Shown here one piece after another: positions 55,781-64,000 of a stretch of 64,000 nt of DNA. The notes beneath the pieces are model-generated. The model was not told where the DNA came from, made no database searches, and was given only the letters and a program-made list of their open reading frames with translations. Position 1 is the stretch's first letter. Each line of letters opens with the position of its first letter. The position numbers were made by a program, and so were the translations under genes. The stretch comes from Nitrospirota bacterium. GTDB taxonomy: Bacteria; Nitrospirota; JACRHJ01. The stretch covers positions 32,001 to 96,000 of the forward strand of contig CAVTDB010000008.1 of the NCBI GenBank assembly GCA_963733375.1, given 5' to 3'.

Positions 55781-56380
55781 ATGGAGAAAACAGACAAACG
55801 ATGCGCCATTGTATGCGCGACACTCGACCTGGTGGCGGAGCAGGGGTTCCATGGAGCGCCCATGGCCCTCGTGGCAGAGCGCGCCGGGGTCGCGGCAGGG
55901 ACCATCTACCGCTATTTCGAGAGCAAGGACGTCCTGATAAACGAGGTGTACCACTACCTGGAGGAACGGTTTTTCAAGGCGGTGATGGAGGACTACTCTG
56001 AAGACGACCCGGTCCGCGACCGCTTCCTCCACATAGGAGAAGTGCTGGTCCGTTACTGCATAGGAGCGCCGCTGGAGTTCAGGTTCCTGGAGCAGTTCCA
56101 CAACTCCCCATACGGGGCGGTACACCGCCGTGAAAAACTCTTCGGCAAAGGCAACAGGGATGTCATCACGGAGCTTTTCGACGAAGCGCTTAGCGCGGGG
56201 ATAGTGAAGGACCTGCCACTCCCGGTGCTCTTCGGGCTCGCCTTCGGGCCGTTGCTCGATATCTGCCGTGACCACATACTTCATTTCATCGAACTGGACG
56301 ATGAACTTATATCGCGCTGCGTCGAGGCTTGCTGGGATGCCCTGAGGCGCTATCCCGACGAAGGGCTTCCGCGGGCGTAA
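55781..56380 (+). CDS. TetR/AcrR family regulator
   Basis: GFHGAPMALVAERAGVAAGTIYRYFESK. Confidence 0.93.
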   Translation: MEKTDKRCAIVCATLDLVAEQGFHGAPMALVAERAGVAAGTIYRYFESKDVLINEVYHYLEERFFKAVMEDYSEDDPVRDRFLHIGEVLVRYCIGAPLEFRFLEQFHNSPYGAVHRREKLFGKGNRDVITELFDEALSAGIVKDLPLPVLFGLAFGPLLDICRDHILHFIELDDELISRCVEACWDALRRYPDEGLPRA

Positions 56381-56397
56381 TTTTTGATTTGATGACG

Positions 56398-56433
56398 AAT
56401 GAATATTCATTATTTGGATAATGAGCGCTTATT
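56398..56433. promoter_or_regulatory. two further TetR-type operators
   Basis: AATGAATATTCATT (56398-56411) and AATGAGCGCTTATT (56420-56433). Confidence 0.65.
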
Positions 56434-56451
56434 TCAAAGGGTGAGGTAGTT

Positions 56452-57649
56452 ATGAAATTCAGGTACGGATTTGGTTTGTCTATGGTCGCCGTCATTACGG
56501 CTGGCGTGATGGTAATCAGCGGTTGCGGGAAAAAAGCGGCGGCACTTTCCGGGGTGCAGATGCCTCCTCCCGAGGTCGGAGTCGTGACCGTGACGCCTCA
56601 GCGGGTGGCGCTGACGACGGAGCTTCCGGGACGGACCTCCGCGTATCTCGTAGCCGAGGTGAGGCCGCAGGTCGGGGGGATAATTTTGAAGCGCCTCTTC
56701 ACGGAGGGTTCCGACGTGAAGGCAGGGGAGGTCCTCTACCAGATCGACCCGTCCACGTACCAGGCCGCGTATGCCAGCGCGAAAGCCGCCCTCAGCATGG
56801 CGGAAGCGAACGTCGTCCCGGTCCGGCTGAAGGCCGAGCGTTACGGACAACTGGTGGCGATAAACGCGGTCAGCAAGCAGGACTTCGACGAGGTCTCGGC
56901 CCAGCTGAAGCAGGCGGAGGCGCAGATCGAGTCAGCCAAGGCCGCGCTCCAGATGGCGCGGATAAACCTGGCGTATACGCAGATAACGGCGCCGATTTCC
57001 GGCCGTATCGGGCTGTCGTCCGTGACGACCGGGGCCCTGGTTACCGCGAGCCAGACTGCGCCTCTTGCGACTATACAGAGTCTGGACAAGGTTTATGTGG
57101 ACGTCACCCAGTCGGCGGCGGACCTGCTTCTTCTGAAGCAGAACATTGCCCGCGGACGGATGAAGAAGGACGGCGACCAGGCGAAAGTGAAGCTCGTCCT
57201 GGAGGACGGGACGCCTTATCCGCTTACCGGGACGCTTAAATTTTCCGACGTAACCGTGGACCAGAGCACCGGGTCCGTGACGGTGCGTACCGTTTTTCCC
57301 AACCCGAAAGAGGTGCTGCTGCCGGGGATGTATGTCCGGGCGATACTGGAGGAAGGCGTCGACGAGAATGCTATCCTGGTGCCCCAGCAGGGGGTGACCC
57401 GCGACCAGTCGGGAGATGCGACGGCCCTCGTGGTAGGGCGAGTCCGGCAAGGTGGAGCTTCGGGTCCTGAAGGTGGGCCGCACTATCGGGGACAAATGGC
57501 TGGTGGAAAATGGCCTGAAGCCGGGTGACCGCGTAATCGTTGAAGGGGTGCAGAAGGCGAAGCCCGGCACGGTGGTGAAAGCCGTCCCTGCCGGCGCGGA
57601 TATTACGGCGGCGAGTGCGGGCGCTTCACCATCGATAGCGAAGAATTAA
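56452..57649 (+). CDS. RND periplasmic adaptor, AcrA/MexA-like (frameshift near 57440)
   Basis: Lipobox ISGC; [15 protein letters not shown] and APISGRIG. Confidence 0.93.
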
Positions 57650-57659
57650 GGAGACCTAC

Positions 57660-60600
57660 ATGTCAAGATTTTTCATCGACCGCCCCATCTTCGCCTGGGT
57701 GATCGCGATCATGGTAATGCTGGCGGGTGTCCTTGCAATAAAGACCCTGCCGGTCTCCCAGTATCCGCCGGTAGCGCCGCCGCAGATAGCCATCAACGCC
57801 GTTTACCCCGGGGCGTCGGCCAAGACCGTCGAGGACACCGTGACCCAGGTCATCGAGCAGAAGATGAACGGCATCGACAACCTGCTCTACATGAGCTCCA
57901 CCAGCGACAACACCGGGGCCGCGACCATCACCCTCACCTTCAACGCCGGGACCGACCCGAACATCGCCCAGGTGCAGGTCCAGAACAAACTGCAGCTCGC
58001 CATGCCGCTTCTGCCTCAGCAAGTTCAGCTGCAGGGAATCCAGGTTACAAAGGCGACCAAAAACTTCCTGCTGGTGATGGGCTTCATCTCGGAGGACGGG
58101 CGGCTGAACAGATACGACCTCGCCGATTACGTCGCCTCCCACATCCAGGACCCGCTTAGCCGGGTCGAGGGCGTCGGCGACATGAACCTGTTCGGGTCCC
58201 AGTACGCCATGCGCATCTGGCTCGACCCCAACAAGCTGAACAACTACCACCTGACCCCGGCGGACGTCCGTGCCGCGATACAGGCACAGAACGCCCAGAT
58301 CTCCGCGGGCCAGCTCGGCGGTGCGCCCGCCGCCGCCGGCCAGCAGCTGAATGCGACCATTACGGCGCAGACCCTGCTTAAGACCCCTCAGGACTTTGAA
58401 AAAATCGTGCTCAGGACAAACCCCGACGGCTCGACCATCAGGCTTAAGGACGTGGCGCGGGCGGAGTTGGGAAGCGAAAACTACGAGACGATCGCCCGCT
58501 ACGACGGCAAACCTGCCGCAGGGCTCGCGATCAAGCTTGCGACGGGGGCTAACGCCCTCAAAACGTCCGAGGCGGTGAAGGCGAAGGTCGCCGAGCTTTC
58601 CAAGTACTTCCCGCCGGGGATGAAGGCCGTCTTCCCGTACGATACGACTCCCGTGGTAAAGATATCCATCAAGGAGGTCGTGAAGACGCTGGTCGAGGCG
58701 ATCTTCCTGGTCTTCCTGGTCATGTTCCTCTTCCTCCAGAACATCCGGGCGACCCTCATCCCGACCATCGCCGTGCCGGTCGTCCTCCTGGGGACCTTCG
58801 CGGTCCTGGCCGCCTGCGGCTTCTCGATCAACACCCTGACGATGTTCGCCATGGTGCTTGCAATCGGGCTACTGGTGGACGACGCAATCGTCGTCGTCGA
58901 GAACGTGGAAAGGATAATGTCCGAGGAGGGGCTGTCCCCGAAGGAAGCGACGCGCAAATCCATGGGGCAGATCACCGGCGCGCTCGTCGGCATCGCGCTC
59001 GTCCTCTCGGCGGTCTTCGTCCCGATGGCGTTCTTCGGCGGCTCCACCGGGGTCATCTACCGCCAGTTCTCCGTGACGATCGTCTCGGCCATGATCCTCT
59101 CCGTGCTTGTGGCGATGATACTCACGCCCGCCCTTTGCGCGACCATCCTTAAACCCGTAAGGAAAGGACACGTCGCGGCGGAGGGCGGCTGGTTTTCGGG
59201 CTTTTTCCGCGGGTTCAACCGCATTTTCAACTGGTTCAGCCAGGGCTATCAGACCAGGGTCGGGAAGATGCTCGGGAAGACCGCGCGTTACCTGGCCGTC
59301 TACCTTGTGCTGGTAGCGGTCATGGCCTTTGTATTCCTGCAGGATGCCGACGGCCTTTCTTCCGGACGAGGACCAGGGCTTTCTCTACAGCATGGTGCAG
59401 CTTCCCGTCGGCGCCACACAGCAGCGCACCCTGAAGGTGTTAGAGCAGCTCGAACACCACTACCTCGTGGAGCAGAAGGACGCGGTAGACTGCCTCTTTA
59501 CGGTCACGGGCTTCAGCTTCGCCGGCAGCGGCCAGAACATGGGGCTCGCCTTCGTCAAGCTCAAGGACTGGGACCTGCGGAAGGGCCCCGGACCTGAGTG
59601 CAAAGGCAGTGGTCGGGAAGGCGATGGCCGCTTTCTCGAAGTTCCGGGACGCCATGGCCTTTGCCTTCATGCCTCCCGCGGTCCGTGAGCTGGGTAACGC
59701 CACGGGCTTCGACTTCGAACTCCAGGACAGGGGCGGGGTCGGGCACGAAAAACTGATGGAGGCCCGCAACCAATTACTTGCCATGGCCGCCAAGGACCCG
59801 GACCTTACGGCGGTCCGTCCAAACGGCCAGGATGACACGCCGCAGTTCAAACTCGACATAGACAACGAGAAGCTCGGCGCGCTGGGGCTGTCGCTGGCAG
59901 ACGTCAACGACGCCATCTCTTCCACCTGGGGGAGCTCCTTCGTCAACAACTTCATCGACCAGGGCAGGATCAAGAAGGTGTACCTCCAGGCGGACGCCCA
60001 GTTCCGCATGAAGCCCGAGGACCTGGACTACTGGTTCGTCAGGAACAAGACCGGGGGGATGGTGCCGTTCTCGGCCTTTGCCACCGCGCACTGGACTTAC
60101 GGGAGCCCGCGTCTTGAGCGATACAACGGCATTCCGTCGGTTGAAATCATGGGCCAGCCGGCGCCCGGAAAAAGCTCTGGCGAGGCGATGAAGGTCATGG
60201 AGGAGATGGCGGCGAAGCTTCCACAGGGGATCGGCTACGAGTGGACCGGTCTCTCATACGAGGAGAAACAGGCGGGCAAACAGGCTCCGGCGCTTTATGC
60301 CATCTCGCTGCTTGTGGTGTTCCTGAGCCGTGGCGGCGCTGTATGAGAGCTGGTCGATCCCCTTTGTCAACCTGCTGATGCTGCCGCTCGGCCTCGTAGG
60401 GGCGGTGACGGCGGTTACGCTGCGGGGACTCCCTAACGACATCTACCTCCAGATCGGGCTTCTGACAACCGTCGGGCTTTCGACCAAAAACGCCATCCTG
60501 ATAATCCAGTTCATCAAGGACCAGCTGCGCCAGGGCCATGAACTGGTGGAGGCCACCCTGGCGGCGGTCAGGATACGGCTTCGCCCCGTCCTCATGACCT

Positions 60601-60833
60601 CCCTGGCCTTCTTCTTCGGCACACTGCCGCTTGCCCTTTCACACGGGGCGGGGGCAGCGGCGCAGAACGCGATCGGCACCGCGGTAACCGGCGGGTTGCT
60701 TTCGGCTACCTTCATCGACATGATGTTCATCCCGTTCTTCTTTGTCCTTGTTTTCAGGCTTTTCGTGAAGAAGCACCGCCGGGAACCCGCCCTTCAACCC
60801 GATTTGTCCGCCACTGCCCCGGAGGTGGACTGA
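57660..60833 (+). CDS. RND transporter, AcrB/MexB-like (several frameshifts)
   Basis: [27 protein letters not shown] and [12 protein letters not shown]. Confidence 0.95.
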
Positions 60834-60834
60834 T

Positions 60835-62267
60835 ATGAGAAGCTTAAAGCGACCTGGCGGCCCTTTGTCTTGCCCTGGCGGCATTCTTATTGCTGAGCGG
60901 CTGTGCGACCATGGCCCCCGAATACAGCCGCCCCGCGTCTCCCGTGCCCGACGCCTGGCCAGGCGGCCCGTCCTACAAGGAGACGGCAGGCAAAACGCCC
61001 GAAAAAGCGGCGGCAGACATCCCATGGAAAGAATTTTTCCTCGACCCGCATCTGCGCGAGCTGATCGGCCTGGCCCTGAACAACAACCGCGACCTGCGCG
61101 TTGCCGTCCTTAATATCGAGCGGTCCCAGGCCCAGTATCAGATCCAGAGGTCGGACCTGTTCCCCAAAATCGACGCCGTGGCTGACGGTGATTTTGAACG
61201 GGTGCCCAAGGCCTTTTCAGGGACCGGAAAGTCGGAAACGGTCCAGCAATTAAGCGTCGGCCTTGGCCTCAGCTCCTACGAGCTTGACCTTTTCGGCAGG
61301 ATACGGAGCCTCAAGGACCAGGCGCTGAACCAGTACTTCGCCACGGAAGAGGCCCGGCGCAGCGTCCAGATAAGCCTGGTCTCCCAGGTCGCCTCCACCT
61401 ACCTGGGCCTCGCCGCGGACCAGGAGCGGCTCAAACTTGCCCAGGGAGACCCTGGCGAACCAGAAGGATTACTACCGCCTCGTCAAAAGCCGCTTCGATG
61501 CCGGGGTCGCGTCCGCCCTGGACCTCCATCAGGCCGAGACCAGCGTCGATTCGGCCGAGGTCGATATCGCCCGTTACACGACCGTGGTGGCCCAGGACGA
61601 GAACGCCCTGGATTTTGTGGTCGGCGCGCCGGTACCGGCCGGACTTCTCCCGCAGGCCCTCTCCGAGACGCTTACCGCGCTGAAGGACATTACCCCCGGC
61701 CTGCCGTCCGGCGTTCTGCTCAGCCGGCCCGACATCCTTCAGGCCGAGGACCTGCTCAAAGGGAACAACGCGAACATCGGCGCGGCGAGGGCGGCCTTCT
61801 TCCCGCGGATTACGCTGGTCTCATCCGTCGGCCTCGGCAGCGACGACCTTGCCGGGCTCTTCAAGCCGGGTTCGTTCGCCTGGAAATTTGCCCCGCAGAT
61901 ATCCCTGCCGATCTTCAACGCCGGGAGCAACCGCGCCAACCTGAAAGTTGCACAGGTCGACAAGGATATTGCGGTGGCCGATTACGAGAAGGCGATCCAG
62001 AACGCCTTCCGGGAGGTGGCCGACGCCCTCGCCGAACGGGGGACGATCGACGAGCAGGTCGCGGCCCAGCAGTCGCTCACCGACGCCACCGCCCAGAGCT
62101 ACCGCCTCTCCCAGGCCCGCTACGAAAAGGGGGTTGACAGCTATCTGAACGTCCTCGACTCCCAGCGGTCGCTTTACGCCGCCCAGCAGAACCTGATCGG
62201 CGCGCACTTAGCCAGGCTTACGAACCTGGTGACCCTGTACAAGGCGTTGGGCGGAGGGGGAGTGTAA
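60835..62267 (+). CDS. outer-membrane efflux lipoprotein, OprM-like (frameshifted)
   Basis: LSGC lipobox; [20 protein letters not shown] and LYKALGGG. Confidence 0.93.
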
Positions 62268-62313
62268 GGGCGCTGGCTTCTTTGCTTCGTCAAGCTGTGC
62301 TATAATTAGCAAC

Positions 62314-62538
62314 ATGAGAAAGATAATTTTAGCCCAATTCATCATCCTGCTCATAGGCACCTTGTTCGCCTGGACGAATTTTACGGTTGAACTTATTGCA
62401 TGGCTTAAAAAAGCGCCCTGTCCTGTTGGCTGCACGGTATCGACATCGAATCCCTTTTTGGCTCCCTGCTTTTATGGCGCCTTATTCTTTACGGCGGCCT
62501 TTGTTTTAAGCGCTATGTTATTGAAGAGGATTAAATAG
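62314..62538 (+). CDS. small two-helix membrane protein with a Cys-containing loop
   Basis: Two hydrophobic segments flanking CPVGC...PCFYG. Confidence 0.6.
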   Translation: MRKIILAQFIILLIGTLFAWTNFTVELIAWLKKAPCPVGCTVSTSNPFLAPCFYGALFFTAAFVLSAMLLKRIK

Positions 62539-62650
62539 ACCAAAATAAACCGCCAAAAGCCGCCGCCCGCAAGTTTGACACTTCCAGCGCAGGTACCTAT
62601 AATCATAAGTACCGATAAGATGTTAACCGACATTAAAAAGGAGAACGCGT

Positions 62651-62761
62651 ATGTGCCAGACATGCGGATGCCCGCCATGCAAGACCTGCGGAAAAGAAAT
62701 TAAAAACGGCGTATGTTCAGGCTGCAATAAACCCTCTGACAAATGCACCTGCAAGAAATAA
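62651..62761 (+). CDS. 36-aa Cys-rich metallothionein-like peptide (not in ORF track)
   Basis: AAGGAG SD; MCQTCGCPPCKTCGKEIKNGVCSGCNKPSDKCTCKK, 9 Cys. Confidence 0.75.
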   Translation: MCQTCGCPPCKTCGKEIKNGVCSGCNKPSDKCTCKK

Positions 62762-62997
62762 GACCGGAAAAAAATTCTGACAGGGAACAGGTCGAAATAG
62801 TTTCAGATGACAAAGAGGCGTCCTGGGGGCGCCTTTTTACTGATTTGCAAGACTTATGCCCGCACATCTTTGACCAAACAGGGGCTTACCGATATAATTA
62901 GAGGTAGGATATTGTTTAATTAATACTCTGTCCTGATATGCGGGCAGAGGCTGACTGCCGGGAATTTCGGGATGTTGAGCCGCGTGGAGGCGACAAA

Positions 62998-63852
62998 ATG
63001 AAAAAGTTACTTCTGGGAACAATCCTTCTGGGTCTGGCGCTTGCCGTTCCTGTTCCAACAATGGCAAGGGTAGAGTATAAATATTGGAATTCCTCTCCCG
63101 CCGCTTCCGCCGCCCATCATATTTCCGGCGCCGCCGGCTGTGATACCGTTGCCTGATACGGACGACGTGTACGTCGACCCTGACGTAGACGCGGACATCT
63201 ATTTCTGGGATGGCTTCTGGTGGCGTTTATGGGACGGTCGCTGGTATCGCTCACCTTATTATGACCGGGGCTGGGGTTATTATGCGGTGTTCCAAGTTTT
63301 TATTTCGACGTGGACCCAGGCTGGAGAGGGTTTTACAGAAACCATGACTGGCATGGACACCCGTGGAACTACAATCGGATCCCTTACGGGACATTTCACC
63401 AAAACTGGAGGGGCTGGCATAATAATGGACATTGGAGGCACGACAGCTGGGGCGTCCGGGGCTATCGGCCCGCACCGCAACGGCAGAGACAGGAACTAAG
63501 ACGTCAAAGGCAGCAGCAATTTGAGCGGAGGCCTGAGGTCCAGCGAAACATGCAGCAGAGACGCGGGCAAGGAGTAAGACCCGAGGGCCGGACAGCCGCG
63601 AGGCGGACAAGAAAGAATGCAACCCCAGGGCAGGCAACCCGGGAGACAGCAGCAAGTCCAACCACGGGGTCAGGAACGCGGGGGTGGACCGACACCCGCA
63701 AGGAAGACCTGAAGGAGGGCCGGGGCGTGTTCAGCAACGCGGAGGTGGACCACAACACCCGCAAGGAAGACCTGAAGGAGGGCAGGGGCGCGGCCAGGGC
63801 GGTGGCAGCCATGGCCAGGAACGAGGCCACGGCCAGGGGGCGGCCACGGTGA
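62998..63852 (+). CDS. secreted Pro/Trp/His-rich protein with low-complexity tail (frameshifted)
   Basis: GGAGG SD; signal MKKLLLGTILLGLALA; FWDGFWWRLWDGRWYRS; WRG repeats; Gln/Gly/Arg tail. Confidence 0.65.
63692..63783 (+). repeat. intragenic direct repeat, 63-nt period
   Basis: ACACCCGCAAGGAAGACCTGAAGGAGGGC at 63692-63720 and 63755-63783. Confidence 0.85.
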
Positions 63853-63898
63853 GCGCGAAAATCGTTAATTGTTTTCAATTAAGGACATAGCCCATTAA

Positions 63899-63940
63899 TA
63901 AAAAAGGCCGTATTCCGGCATGGAACACGGCCTTTTTTTT
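63899..63940. terminator. intrinsic terminator
   Basis: AAAAAGGCCGTATTCC...GGAACACGGCCTTTTTTTT. Confidence 0.8.
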
Positions 63941-64000
63941 GCCTGGGCGAGGGTTATGTCATGTTTTGCATTGTGAATTCATCAGGCGGTTTTTTGAACA

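Noticed and set aside
1613-63852. Dozens of frameshifts suggesting mass pseudogenisation or programmed frameshifting
   Set aside because: They hit essential and accessory genes alike (era, clpC, bioB, acrB-like), motifs stay intact, and I saw no shared slippery site; sequencing indels are the simpler explanation
1-64000. tRNA, rRNA, transposase, integrase or phage genes
   Set aside because: None recognised on either strand by inspection

Overview
Bacterial chromosomal window. The gene content (futalosine-type menaquinone genes, multiheme cytochrome c, DsrE/TusA/SQR, ClpC) suggests a Nitrospirota/Desulfobacterota-like anaerobe; this is inference only. Single-base indels split many genes, including essential ones such as era, and are best read as sequencing or assembly errors, so gene ends across them are approximate. 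Order: nuoN 3' end; a promoter-led, ORF-free region with three stem-closed RNA domains (one 6S-like); thioesterase-era-ubiX-ubiA-vapBC-ubiD (minus strand); a 12-kb operon with a FabF-like ketosynthase, a catalytically dead ketosynthase, two phytoene-desaturase-like flavoproteins, a thioesterase and four B12-radical SAM enzymes; a convergent biotin operon with a BirA box; clpC; a sulfur/redox accessory block; a NusG-paralog-led exopolysaccharide cluster; Crp-tusA-sqr-DUF1641; a TetR-RND efflux system; and small genes missed by the ORF track, including a 36-aa, 9-Cys metallothionein-like peptide. The best candidates for an undescribed system are the ketosynthase/radical SAM lipid cluster and the ncRNA locus with a possible SD/anti-SD loop interaction.
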